DNA of 64,000 bases. Origin: the human T2T-CHM13v2.0 reference genome, Homo sapiens. Positions 30,680 through 49,289 of this stretch are shown piece after piece (the first letter of the stretch is position 1; every line of letters begins with the position of its first letter). The stretch lies in the NCBI RefSeq assembly GCF_009914755.1, contig NC_060929.1, one strand, 5' to 3'. Under the pieces are notes generated by a model. That model had not been told where the DNA came from, made no database searches, and was given only the letters and a program-made list of their open reading frames with translations. The position numbers and the translations under genes were made by a program.

Positions 30680-31105
30680 CCCATGGAAGGAATGCCCTAA
30701 AGCCACAGAGTTGGACACTCACACCCATGTGAGCAAACAGGACTTGCAAGAAGTGGATGGGTGGATCTCTAGTGGCTCACCGGCCCTAAATCCTCATAGA
30801 GCCCAGTGACCGTTTGCTGACTAGAGGTCACACGGGTACCCGGAGTTCCTTGAAATCCCATACCTCTGTTAAACTTTGGGACTTCCAGAGCTCCCCTGAA
30901 CCAACCCATCAGAACACAGGAAGTTTGAATTTTTCATTTGCATAAGCGAACCTATGTGAGAACTTTCAGTATAAAAGCTGGACCCTCTCTTTGTTCTCTG
31001 GAAAGCATCCTGGTTTTACGCTGAAGGCAGCATCTCCCACTTCACAAACTGTTCATAGGAATAGTCTTTCCTCTACATTCCTTTTCAAAGAACTTTTGTG
31101 CACCC
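30680..31105 (+). mobile_element. ERV1-class LTR remnant (family uncertain)
   Basis: Octamer ATTTGCAT 30936, TATAAAA 30970, LTR-like 3' end attccttttcaaagaacttttgt. Confidence 0.5.
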
Positions 31106-32895
31106 TGAATTGGAGGTGGAGTAGTAAGCTGTGAAAAATACATTGTGTGCGGAGGCTGCCAAGAAGAGTGATTTTAAGGAGGCTATGCTGAAATCTCTCT
31201 GGGTCTGGGCCTCCCACTGTTGATAAGAAAGATGCTTTCCCAAACGTATGGGGAGGGCATCTTTCACATGAGAATTTCGTCTCCTGCTTTTAAGACATGG
31301 AATGGCGATCAGCTTAAAGCCAGAGCAATGCCTTTGGGGTGGTGGGCTCTTAGCTCCTTCAGGATCACGCCACAGAAGGAAATCGGTGAGCACCTGCTCC
31401 CGCCCTCAGAAAAAGCTGCAGTTTCTTAGGGAGTGACAGCTGTTCATGCCAGCTTTGGGGGCACTTCCCATCTGGAGCAAAGGAGGTCAACTTCGAACAG
31501 CACGAAGCCAGCTGCTTCCCAAGGTAAGAAATGTCAACAAAATTCAAGTGACCAAACTCTCCGTTTTGAAGATGGGGACTCTCAGTTTGGGGACAGGCCA
31601 CACCGCTTCAAGAGAGCATGGGGTTCTGCACCCGCACCTCTGAGCCCTCCTTTCAAAGGACGCATTTGGTTCTTGCCTCGTTGGAAAGGCAGGTGGAGCT
31701 TCATTTAAGGAATAATGACCCTGCCATTACTGGCCATTTTGGGCTTGATTCATTTTCCTTTCCATAAACTCAGCCAAAGAGAGTCAAAGGCTTCCTTTAA
31801 GACACTCTCTTTTCTGTACTTGGACCTGCAGTGTGGCCCCTGGGAGGTGGACAATGACTTCACTCTCAGCTCACAGCATCCTTGCGTTCTGTGTCAGGGG
31901 AGCAAAATCCCATGTGAACTGGGCACCCTCCCTTTCCACAGACATTAACCCCCAAACGTGAGAGCGGGCTCCCAGCCACCTGGAAGGCAGCAGCATCCAC
32001 GCCGCCGGAGCTGGTGTCTGAGGGGCAGATGGCATGGACAGGCTCCTCCCTTCAGGCATTGCTATGTCCTGGGAAGGAACAGAGAGAGGAATACAAGGAT
32101 GATGGGAGTCAATTCAGTAATTCCAAGTGGGACATTAACATGCCAGCCCTCTGCTCACTGAGGGACAGAGTGGTCTGCCCAGAGGAAGCATGGTAGCCTG
32201 GGCCCGAGCTGCGGGACTGAGTGGCTGCCCTCCTGAAACCCACCCTCCTCTGTCCAAGAGCAGGAGCTGTGTTCAGCTGGGCAAGGCTGATGACTGAAGC
32301 CTGGCTGCTGGTGCCTGGGAATAAATCAGAGGCTGACGATGGTCACTGGAGAAGAACAGCAACAAGGCATCAGTGACGATTGCCACCTGTCAGTCGCCTC
32401 CTCAGAACCACATCCTGAGCTGAGCTGTGACTAACTTGACCTCTGCACCTCTGTGAAAAAGGATATGGCTGCCCGTTTTCCAGCAAGGAATGAGGACTGA
32501 GGGCAGCTCTTGGCTTTGGTTGGCCAGGGCTTGAACCTTCTGTTTCTGGGCAGAACTAGAGCCATAAGGGGTGATCCAAAGGGAAGGCAATTCCTGGGTT
32601 CACCCATAAACTCATAACAGAGTTGTTATACTTTCTGCTGAGATAAATGACTTCTTTTATTTCCCTTTTGGAGAACAATTGCCCAATGTTCTGGCTAGTT
32701 TTTATTTGGCTTAAATTTTGGAATGAAAGGAAAGTATGACCCATTAGTGAAGCTGGATGTGAAGATGGAGAAAGTGTGTATGCCTGTGTCTCCATGAGAA
32801 AGACAAGACTAAGCAAGAAATACTAACCCCTGAGCAGCAGGTCAGGCCCTCTTCTGGAAATGAACCTAAAGTTAGGTCTCTGTGTACTTTCTAAT

Positions 32896-35560
<2,665 letters not shown>

Positions 35561-37511
35561 CTAATCTTCCCTTGTGGCGAGATGAGCAGCTCAGTGTTTG
35601 CACAGCCTGAGGAATGAGTGAATTGCTGCAACTTAAACTTCCAGCAGGCAGATGACAAGCTGTCCATTCGACACAGTCAAAGGCTTGGTCTTACGCTGCG
35701 TGTGTGACTACAAGCAGACCCTCTCTCGCCTGCGTGAGGAAGTGGAGTTGATACCTATTACATGGCTCAACACTTTAGTCATCGGGTCCTCAGGAAGTTG
35801 GAAGCCTCTAAGCCCAGAGGCAGCCTGGACCCTTCCTCACAGATGCTTGGTGCTGGCAGTCCCACACTGTCCCCCACGGTGGCAAGCGGTGGTGTTTCTG
35901 GAATGTTCCACTTCACCCTCGTTCCTGTGTGTTCTCCTGCCCATGGTCTGTTGTCACGAGGCCTGTGCCCTGACGCTGGATCTGCCTGTCTCCGGCCGCT
36001 GCTGGGTCCTGCTCTGCACCTTCATGAGAAGCCATCTAGGAAAGTTTCTTCTTGTTTCTCCCGACTGGGGTTCATTCCCATGGGACTGGGGAACTGGGAC
36101 TTTGCCCCGCTTTAAAGTTCTCCCTCTGGCTTCCTCCGTGGGCTATAGCCCTGACCCCACCCCAGCACGGAGAGAGCCAGTCGGCATCCTGGCTGCCCAC
36201 TCAAGCTGGTGCCGTCACAGGGAGAGGCTGGGTTGGGAATCATGACGTCTTTGGATAGAGAGCTTTGCTTTTCACCTTCATGCCAGTTGTTTTCATGAAA
36301 TCCACAGAAACTTCCTTTAGAAGAAGTCTTACCTAGAAGCCCACCCTGTAAATGAAGTGAAACAGAATTCTCTGGTGAGAGGAAGGTGGAATCTGGGACC
36401 CCACAGGTGGTTCTGTGGCCCCCTAGAGACCCCCTTCTGTGGTGGCTCCAGAATGTGGCCCCATGTGGTGTGTTGGTGGCTTCCCATGACATGTGTGCCT
36501 GTGCCCCCCACGCCATGTCCTCTTCTTGGTGCATCTGCAGCCCCCTCATGTCTGAGGCCTCCTCAGTGCTCTCTTTCTGGGCCCCTATCCCCATAGCCTC
36601 CACCTCCTGTGGCATGTCTGTGGTCCTCTCCTTGGTGCACCCATGGAGAGGTGCACCTCTGTCGTATACTGAAACACATCCGGGCTCTGCAGAGTTCAGC
36701 AGGCCACGCTTCTACTTCAGGCTGCCTTTCAGGAAGAAAAGTTTCTTCCCCAGCTTGGGGATTGTGATGGGAAAAACAAGATACCGGGGAGGGGTGATAA
36801 AAGAGGAGTGTGGTGGGAACTTGTTCTAGGAAAAACATTCAGTGGCGGACTTCCTGGAGAGGCTTGGACCTGAGCTCTTGGGAAGCTTTGCAATCTCTCC
36901 CATCGTGCTGAAGGGGAAACAGAGGCCGTGTAGGTTGCTGGGGCCAGTGGGCCTGTGCCTTGATCCGCCCGGAGCAGGCTGGAGGATTCAGTGTCTTGGT
37001 CGCCATGATCCCAGACACCATGCTAGGTGACATAGAGCCTCTGGCAAAACAAAGGGGACAGACTGGCTCCTTCCTCAAGAGGGAGTGTGTTGCTTCAGTA
37101 AAGCCACCCTGAGCTTTAAGGCAGAGTTTTAGGGTAAGAGTTCAGGCAGCTGAAAGCCATCAAGTCAGCGGGGCTGAGATCCTCCCAAACTGGGGCAAGG
37201 ACCAGGGCTTGGATGTCAGAAGTAAAGTCAGAGGCCGTCTGGGCCAAGGGGACCCCTGAGCACACACTATAAGCATGGCGGGCGGTGGCAGGACTGCACC
37301 TGGGCACTGAGTGTCCACCACCTGACACCCCTGGGGAGCAGGGGCTGGCATCCCAGGGCTGCACCGCGACCCAAGGAGAGGCTCCTTGACCAACAGTTGC
37401 AGGTTGCAGCTCCCAGGTGTGGAGCACACTTGAAGATTCTCACTCTGGTGACCCAAAGCAGGATCAGCTGTGGATGCTTGTGTTTTGTTTCGCTTAAAGT
37501 TTCCCTTTTGT

Positions 37512-37884
<373 letters not shown>

Positions 37885-38907
37885 TCACTGCTGAGCAAGC
37901 AGAGAGGTGGGCCCATGTTCCGGGCTGGGCTGGGAACGTATCCCTGACTCCAGGCCCAGGACTCAGGACCCACAACCTCCAGGACAGACCTCAGCCCAGT
38001 GGCCCTGGCTTTGGGGTCAGGGCTGAGGCTGGTGGCAGCCCACCCACCCCTGGTGTGGCACTCATACCACCTCCTCTGGACCGGGCCTCTCGTCAGGAGA
38101 GGAAGGCTCAGGGGGAAGGCAGGGACAGAGGATGGAGGTGGGTGGCCAGAGCTCCACGTTCTTGTGAGAAGACCGAATGCCAGACCAAAGCTGGAGCAAG
38201 ACTGAAGAGGACCAGGCAGGGAGAAGGGAGGCCAGGTCGCCTCTGCCGTGGTCTACCCCTGCTGCGTCTCCTGGGCTCAATCTCCTGTTTTGAGTTCTTA
38301 ACTTAGATGCTTTGCTCACTAAGCTCTCTTCTTTTCCAGGTGAGTGTTTAACACATTTCTCTCAGAGCCATTCCTGCTGCCTCCCACATGCCCAAGAGTG
38401 GGGGAGTCTATCATTCAATTCCAGAAACTTCTCATTTCCACTATGGTCACTTTGATCCAGGAGTTATTTTGAATGTATTTTACGATTTCAGAAAGCATTT
38501 CAAATGGTTATTTTTGCAATTCATTTTCACACTTTTCCTCTCTCTCCTCTACCTCTCCCCTCTTGGATCTCTAGGAATGCATAGATTTTTAGAAATTCAA
38601 TATTTTATACTCCATTATCTTCATTTTTTTTCTGTTGCCCAAATTGTTCTGAATTTGGTCCATGGGAGCAATATAGAGATATGAAATTTGTCTCTTTACC
38701 ATATTTCAGGGATTGTTTATGTTTTTCTAAAATAAAAAGTAAACTTTTTTGAAGTATAATATACATAGCAAAAAAAGTGTACATCTCCCAAGTTTACAAC
38801 TTGTTTAATTTTCACGAAGTTAACCACACTTGTAGTAACCAGACCCAAAATAGAACATGACTGGCCCCCTACAAGCCCCTGCCCCAGTCTTCCTACCGGT
38901 CACCATC

Positions 38908-39240
38908 TGTCTCAGTCAGCATGGGCTGCCATAACAAAATACACCTGGGGGACTTCTAGACAGCAGAAATTATTTTCTCCTGCTTCTGGAGGCTGGAAGT
39001 CCCAGATCTATGTCTGCTAGGGTTGGGTTCTGGTGAGGACCCTCTTCCTGCCTCACAGGTCTTTCCTCAGCGGCACGCGGAGGGCGTGGAGAGGCAGAGA
39101 GTTCTTCCTCTTCTTATAAGACCACCAGTTTTATAGGGTTAAGGCCACTCTATGACCTCATTTGACAGTTACCTCCCAAAAGCCCTGTCTCTGAAGACAG
39201 TCACATTTTGGGTTAGGGAGTCAGCACACATAGTTTGGAG
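38908..39240 (-). mobile_element. MLT1-type MaLR LTR nested in an old L1M 3' fragment (~38740-39640)
   Basis: gggctgccataacaaaatac...ttctggaggctggaagtccc...ggtgagg motif. Confidence 0.7.
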
Positions 39241-39846
39241 GGCCCAGCCCACTCCATGGTCCTGTTCCACCCCACAATGAGGGTAGCGCCCCTCTGACTT
39301 CTGACGCTGTCCATGGGTGTGGCCTGCTTGGGGCTGTCTGTAAACAGGGTCGTGCAAAAACCTTCCTTTGCTCCTTTGTAAGATCCAGCCATGGTTTTGC
39401 ATGTAAGTGGGTTCCGTTCATTCTCAAAGCTGCTGTGGTGTGAATATGTGGCTATTCATCCATTCTGCCGTTGATGGACATTTGGACTATTTAAGTATGG
39501 GGCAATTAGGAGTCATCCTATGAATGTTTTTACACAGTTTTTTGGTGAATAAAGGTTTTTACCGGGATATACCTAAAGAACGGAGTTGTTGGGTCATAGA
39601 ATATGCATACATTTAACATGAGAAGACTACTGAGCTGCTTCTAAAATCCTACTCTAACATTCATTATAATATATATATAACTTGAGCATTCTGAGGTTTT
39701 AAAAAAGTATATTTTAATTCCCTCCCTTGTTTATTTCCAATCAATTCATCTTGAGTTATATGCTGTTAATGTCCAGTATTTTAGTTCTATTTTCTTTTCT
39801 TTAATTTCCAATAATATGTTTAATTTCTATTGTTTTGTACAGCTAA

Positions 39847-40144
<298 letters not shown>

Positions 40145-40182
40145 TGTACAGCTAATGTTTAATGACATTGACTATGTGTGGG

Positions 40183-41426
40183 TTTTTTTTTCTCTCTCTC
40201 TTTTTTTTTTAAAAGTTCTGGGCTACATGTGCAGGATGGGCAGGTTTGTTACAGAGGCAAACGTGTGCCATGGTGGTTTGCTGAACCTTTCAACCCATCA
40301 CCTAGGTATTAAGACCAGTATGCGTTAGCTCTTTTCCCCAGTGCTCTCCCCACCCACCCTCCCCAGACAGGCCCCAGTAAATGTTGTTGCCCTCCCTGTG
40401 TCCATGTGTTCTCATTGTTCAGCTCCCATTTATAAGTGAGAACATGTGGTGTTTGGATTTCTGTTCCTGTGTTAGTTTGTTGAGGATGATGGCTTCCAAC
40501 TCCATCCATGTCCCTGCAAAGGACGTGATCTCATTCCTTTTTATGGCTGCATAGTATTCCATGGTGTATATGTACCACATTTTCTTTATCCAGTCTATCA
40601 TTGATGGGCATTTGGGTTGATTCCATGTCTTTGCTATTGTGAATAGTGCTGCAATGAATATACAAGTGCATGTATCTTTATAATAGAACGATTTATATTC
40701 CTTTGGGTATATACCCAGAAATGGGATTGCTGGGTCAAATGGTATTTCCAGTTCTAAATCTTTGAGGAATAGCCACATCATCTTCCAAATGGTTGAACTA
40801 ATTTACATTCCCACCAACAGTGTAAAAGCATTCCTATCTCTCCACAGCCTCACCGGCATCTGTTTCTTGACCTTTTAATAATCACCACTCTGCTGTGAGA
40901 TGGTATCTCATTGTGGCTTTGATTTTCACTTCTCTAATGATTAGTGATGTTGAGCTTCTTTTCATATGTTTCTTGGCCACATGTATGTCTCTTTTTGAGA
41001 AGTGTCTATTCGTATCCTTTGCCCACTTTTTAATGGGGTTGTTTGTTTCTTGTAAATTTGCTTAAGTTCCTTGTAGATTCTGGATATTAGACCTTTGTCA
41101 GATGGATAGATTGCAAAAATTTTCTCCCATTCTGTAGATTGTCTGTTTGCTCTGAAGATAGTTTCGTTTGCTGTGCAGAGCTCTTTAGTTTAATTAGATC
41201 CCATTTGTCAATTTTTGCTTCTGTTGCAATTGCTTTTGACAATTTCATCATAAAGTCTTTGTCCGTGCCTATGTCCTTAATGGTATTGCCTAGATTTTCT
41301 TCTAGGCTTTTTATAATTTTGGGTTTTACATGTAAGTCTTTAATCCATCTCGAGTTAATTTTTGTATAAGGTGTAAGGAAGGGATCCAGTTTCAATTTTC
41401 TGCATATGACTAGCCAGTTCTCCCAG
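40183..41426 (-). mobile_element. 5'-truncated L1PA (3' end of ORF2 + 3'UTR)
   Basis: ORFs 41087..41473 ([31 protein letters not shown]) and 40419..40781 (FIAALFTIAKTWNQPKCPS) are broken L1 ORF2p C-terminus; poly-T tail. Confidence 0.95.
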
Positions 41427-41429
41427 TTT

Positions 41430-43250
<1,821 letters not shown>

Positions 43251-44004
43251 TGCATGAATGAAAGTCTCTCATGGCTTAATGTTTTGAAATTCGATCTGGT
43301 GTTGGCACTTTTTGTGAAACAGATGGCATCCTGAAAGCAGAGACCATCAAAGCCATCCTGACCAGACATTCCTTCCTAAGTTCAAGAAACAAGCAGCACA
43401 GGAGGAAACAACTGTCTTACAAGAGTAAATGCTTCTGAGAAGAAGAAACTCTACTGAAAATATCCACATAAAGAGGTTATAGCAAACCAAGAAAAGAAGC
43501 ACAAAAGTAATTCAGAACTGACAGAATCAAAGCAGAGAGTTTAAGAAGTGGGGCTGAAGAGGCTGACCTGGCCTGAAGCAGGCATCTAGAAGTTCTCATT
43601 AGTGACAAGGGGCGGAGGTGGCTCCGGAGAAGCAGGAAGCAGACACAGAGAGAGGGAGGGAGGATGGCAGGAAAATGCAGGGAACTTTGTGCTCATTCAG
43701 AAGAAACTCCCTCTGATGTTTAAGGATCTGGCTCCTTGAGAGAAAAGCACAACCTCCAATCACAGAGGTTCAAGATAGAAGCAGAGTTCAGTGGGGCCCT
43801 GGGAAGGTGTCACCCGGGCGGATGAGCAGCCCTCACAATCTGGGGATCAGGAGGGCTATGGGCTGTAGAGAACTGCCTGGGGCCAGTGGGGAGGGTCCCC
43901 AAGGCCACAGCTGTTGTGCCCTCTGGGTGGTGGAGGACACACATGTGCCCAGGGCTGTAACTTCCAGTGCTTTTCATGTTCCCCCACCTGGGCAACCCCA
44001 GGGC

Positions 44005-44795
44005 TCCTTGTGCTCCTCAAGTGCCCTGCACTCCCCTGCTCTCCGTGCTCCCTGCTCTGTGCTCCCCATGCTCCTTGTGTGCCCTGTGCTTCCAGGGCTC
44101 CTTACATTCTCCATGCTCCTCATGCTGTCTATGCTGCCCTGCTCTTCGTGCTCCTGGTGCTCCCCATACTCCTCTTGTTCCCCATGCTCCCCATACTCGT
44201 CATGTGCCCTGTGCTTCCAGGGGTCCTTACATTCTCCATGCTCCTCATGCTCCACATGCTGTCTGTGCTCCCCTGCTCCTCGTGCTCCTAGTGCTCCTCG
44301 TACTCCTCATGCTCCCCATACTCCTCGTGTGCCCTGTGCTTCCAGGGCTCCTTATATTCTCCATGCTCCCCATGCTCTTCGTGCTCCCCATGCTCTCTGT
44401 GCTCCCCTGCTTCTCATGATCTTTGTGCTCCCCGTACTCCTCTTGTGTCCTGTGCTTTCAGTGCTCCTTATATTCTCCATGCTTCCATGCTCTTCGTGCT
44501 CCCCATGCTCTCTGTGCTCCCCTGCTCCTCATGATCTTCGTGCTCCCCGTACTCCTCATGTGTCCTGTGCTTCCAGTGCTCCTTATATTCTCCATGCTCC
44601 CCATGCTCTTCGTGCTCCCCATGCTCTCTGTGCTCCCCTGCTCCTCATGATCTTTGTGCTCCCCGTACTCCTCATGTGTCCTGTGCTTCCAGTGCTCCTT
44701 ATATTCTCCATGCTCTCTGTGCTCCACATACTCCTCGTGCTCCCCATGCTCCCCGTGCTCCTTGTGTTCCCATGATCACTCTCCATGCTCCTCCT
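44005..44795. repeat. 9-bp-based minisatellite (ccatgctcc variants) with ~115-125-bp higher-order units
   Basis: Marker tgtgctt(c/t)cag at 44085, 44210, 44335, 44451, 44566, 44682. Confidence 0.9.
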
Positions 44796-47700
44796 GCCTC
44801 CTCTGACTCTGACTTCTCCTGCCACAGGGGATGTGGACCAGGGAGGAATCGGAGTGGAAGGAGAGTGCGGTCTTGTCTGACTCTGGTTAAAATTTCTCTT
44901 TTTTGCTCATCACCAGGATGTAACTGTGGGAACACTTTGCTAAGGTCCCTCCCAGGACCTGCACATGTGCAGCCTCTGGTCTTTGTGGTTTTGCATAAAT
45001 GCCCCATAAAAAGCAGGTTCCAAAGGGTCAATTGCCATCAATGTGAGCTAAGGTTATTAGGAAAATGTGGACTCTACATTGCCGTCTGAGACTCGGATTG
45101 GGGATCTGGCTGGTGCCGCGCAGGGCTTGGCAGACGCTTCCTGGCCACGCTGACCCTGAGAGAACCCACAGAGACTGCAGGGTGCTGACCACAAGGGCAG
45201 TCTGTTGGAGGCTTCAGCCTCCAAAAGTGGGGCACCAGCCCTCCTCTCACCTTGATGTACTGTGTGTTGCTGTTAGTGATGTCCCAATGGCATCGATTCA
45301 ACCCACCACGAAGGCGCTCCTCTCGGAGAGTGAGTCTGCAGAGATTTGAGACCAGGTGTGCTCCAGGATGGAGTTAGGCTGGCTGGCTGCTGCTGCTGGA
45401 ACTTTCCTGGGGAGCCTCAGCTTCTGGGTTGGAGAGGCAGCCCGGCAGGAGTGCCAGCTCCACACAGCAGCCCACGTGTTCTGTGGCTTCAGCTCCATTT
45501 GTCAGGGTGCAGGGTGGCGGCCGGCTGACCAGTGTTCCCCTTGGCTGTGGCTTCTGCCAGGAGCACAGAGGGGAGCATCAGCATAGCTCTGGCAGATGCC
45601 CCAGGTCCCACTTTATCACTTCTCCCCCCATCTCCTGCCTTGACTGCAAAATGAAAAATGCTGAACTGGAAAACCTGCCGGCAGATGCCCCGGCCGCCTG
45701 TGAAAGCATCAACTTTCAAGGCGCCAGCAGGGTGCAAAGTGTTCATTAAACCTCGTGACCCCAAGCTCACATGTCTGTGCCAGGAACACACCCGCCACCC
45801 TGGAGCTGTCCGGCGCATCCAGCAGGCTCTGTAATCAATCACAGTTCAGAACACAGCAGCCAGACACAGAGCTTTCAATAAAAGTGTGGTCTCAATGATT
45901 TCCCCTGTCATGCTCAGCAAAGGGCTGCTCTCCTGGGGAGAGATGCACGGGACAGCCTGGTTTCCCTGGTTCCTCCACCATAGGCTGCTTTGGGGCGGGA
46001 AATAACAAGAGCTGGCGGATGCAGCCTCACCTCGCTAGAGCCAGGCATTGTTCTGCACCGTTCTGGAGGTGGGTAAACCCGGGTAAACACAAAGCAGATT
46101 GGGGGCATGTGTTCTGAGCGCTGTCGTCCTCAGCACGCTGCAGGCACTGAAATGTACGTTGGCGACTTTTTAACCCCATTGTTCCCAGGCTGCTTTGGTA
46201 ACTGGAGAGCTGTAGTGCTTCTTTGCTACATCATGGAAACTGCTTTAATGAAAATAGACTCCTGCATCCAATTATATGGTTTTTAAAGCCTCTTTCTCCA
46301 AATGAGGGCCATAGGAGGGCCTTTCAAAGGGAACCGCCCTCAGCCCTCCTGGGGCTCAGCTTCTCCTTCCAGCTCTAGGGGTCTTTACAGCGCCATGCTG
46401 GGAGTGGCTCTGGGGTCCCCTTGGTCCACCAGGAGGTGGGCATCTGAGGCTATGTTTCTCTCGGGTCAGGTTTGCAGCTGCTGCAGAAACCGCCTGTGTG
46501 CAGCCTGTGCCTTTGGGTCTCGTGAGGGCAGGCGGCAGCGTCCGTGCTGTTAGGATTGCATGTGGATTCACGCTCCTCAGCGTGACCTTGGTCAAGCCAG
46601 CGAGGCCAGCAGGGATGATGGAGAAAGCTCCAGCTCTATGCTCCTGGCCCCAGCCCAGTCCCTGTTCTGATGTCTCAGAAGTGAAGCAGGCAGTTGGCCT
46701 GGAGGATCCAGCTCAGGGCCGGAATCGGGCCGGGCTGACCTTCAGCCTCGATGCCTGCTGGCTCTGTGGGCTCCGGTGCCTCGTGTGACTCCCCTGTGCC
46801 CCCACGGCCTCTTGTAAAATCCAGCATGGAACTCACAGGCAGAAGCCGTCTGCTGGGCCCCAGAGCCTGCTCTGAGCTTTCTGTTGACTCCTGGCACACT
46901 GTGCACAGCACTGGACACGCACTGACCCTGCAGGCGTGGGTGTGGGGCCTGGAGACAGACGTGGCTTCCTGTGGTCACACAGCCAGGACAAGAGCCTTGG
47001 GCTCCCTAGGCTGTCTGAGGTCCGGGACCGTCGAGTCTCTGCCATGCCTGCTGTCTCAGGTACCTCCCAGCCCCGCAGGTCACACCCCGGAGTCCACCAC
47101 AGTCCAAACTCTCTTCCCCACAGGAGTGAGTTAGCACCAGGGACAGGGCTGAGGTCGGATCAAAACTCAAGAGGAACCACGGGATACTGGGGCAGGCGGG
47201 GACTGCAGGCTGATTTAGTTCAAAGACTGTATCTTTCTGGTGTCAATGGAGGTCCAGAGAGGTTGATCGACTTTTTCTGGGGTCACACAGCCAGGGAGTG
47301 GATAGGAGAATGTTTCAGATATAACATCTGGTCCTCAAAATCTGGGCCAGTTTCCAGACACCAGTGTGGGTGGCAGAACATGTCTACAGCACCTGAATCT
47401 CTAGGGGACTGTGATGGGCACTGCTGATAATTGCTTCCCTGTTGTGGCCTCTGCAGAAACCACACAGATCCCTCCCGGGAATCTGGTTCAGACACCAAGA
47501 CCTGTGGCAACCCCCCACCCCCGCCACCCCTCCACCTCAACACACACACCAGGAGGATGTGAAAAGCTTCTTTCTTCACACTGCGAGGCTTTTTGGGGGA
47601 GCAGGGTGGCTCCGAGCTGCCCTGAGGATGGATTGAGAGGGCGGGGCGGGGAGGGGGACCTGGGTTCCCGTGGCTGGGCTTGGATGAGGGTCCTGCCTCG

Positions 47701-48628
47701 TGTGGTCCTGCCTGAGGGAGCGGCCCAGGCGTGGGAAGGAGGAGGAAGGGCTGGGCTTGACAGATGACAGCCCAGTGTCAGAAGACCACACCCCCAGAGG
47801 TCCCCTACGGGTCTTCACCAGTGGCACTTAAAACACAGCAAGGAAAGCGCCTGGTGGGAACTGCATGTGCCCCATGGGGTGTCACTGTGGGCGTCACTCG
47901 CTTGCACCCAGGAACGCAGGCTTCTCAGTGGAAAATGGCAACAGCTCTTCTCCGATCTCGAGGTCTCTTAGCAGACTCCAGAGGGAGCTGGAGAAACCTC
48001 TCTGCTCTATCAAAATAACAACCAGCAAGTTATTCTGATCCTGTTTGATGAAGGCAGGCCGGCAATGCCTGTTTCTCTCATGAGCATCCTTCGCCCTGGC
48101 CTGGGGCTGGGGGACTTGCTGGGCCTCCCAGGCTGGTCGTCATCTCAGGAAGTTGCCCTTTCTTGTCTTGAATTGCATCATATGGCCCAAAGACCATGGG
48201 TTTAAAACAAAATCCCAATGGGGCTCAGAGCTCCTTCTGAAGCGTGGGAGGCGGGGGGCTGACGCGTGCTATGGGGTCCAGCATCTTCTGCTCAACTTCG
48301 GGTTTTCAGGGGGCGCAGAGTGGATGGCGCAGGTTCAGCTTCTGCCCCCAGTTAGGCCCCTTCACCCAGAGCCACAGGTGAGCTTGGCACAGGCCTTGGC
48401 CTCTCACTGCATTTCCCATTACCTCATGTCCCCGAGCTGGCCCTGCCCTGTGCGATCCTCTCCTGATGCTTGGACGCAGAGCTCTGGCCCCCGTGGGCCC
48501 CTCCTCACTGGCCAGTGCCTCTGCCGCCACCTGCACCCCCAGAACAGGCACCACGCCCACGGCTGAAAGACGGGAGGGATGGAAGTGGGGCTTTGAGGAA
48601 AGCCCAGTGAGGTCACCCCTCAGAGCAC

Positions 48629-48708
48629 CTGGGTGAGTGAACAGGAGGTGGGGAGCTCTGAGCAGGGCTGGGTGAGTGAACAGGAGGTGGGGAGCTCTGA
48701 GCAGGGCT
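48629..48708. repeat. 39-bp tandem duplication x2
   Basis: ctgggtgagtgaacaggaggtggggagctctgagcaggg repeated. Confidence 0.9.
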
Positions 48709-49289
48709 AAGGACCAAGCAGACCAGGCCTGAGTGCGGCTCCAGTATTGGGGATACCTGGTTCCCAGGTGAGGGGGCACATGATTGCTCCCCCAAGAGGT
48801 AAACTGAGCAAAAGAAGGCTTGGCCTGGGAGGAGAAATTAAATGTAAGGGACGGCAAGATTTGAACACCTTGGTGGGTCAGGGCAGCCATTTAGCGTGAT
48901 CTGGGGTCAGAGCTGGACGGGTGCCCAAGGACCAGCTTATCCAGTTATCGTTTTCCACAGATGAGGACCCTGAGGCCCAAGGGGCTTGGGAGATGCTGTC
49001 AAAGTTCCGTGACTGGACCCAGGGCCTCCTGCCCACTGCTCTGTTTGAGCCTTTTCCTTCCATATGGACAGGTGGCTGTCTCACCCAGCTCAGTCCCACG
49101 CATGCCTCATTTTTCTTGGTTATCCTAAGGGTTGTTTTTCTAATTTTTAATTTTAAACACATTTTTTCATTTATTTCATTTTCACTTCTAGAATTTTTAT
49201 TTCTGTTTGAGCTCGTTCATTTCTCTTTAAAAATAGTTTGCCATCTTTTCATCTATATATTTAAAAAATTTTTTTCTGATATTTTAAAA

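Noticed and set aside
43807-44775. 322-aa ORF and overlapping ORFs
   Set aside because: Product of a stop-poor 9-bp repeat; open in several frames, non-ATG start, low complexity
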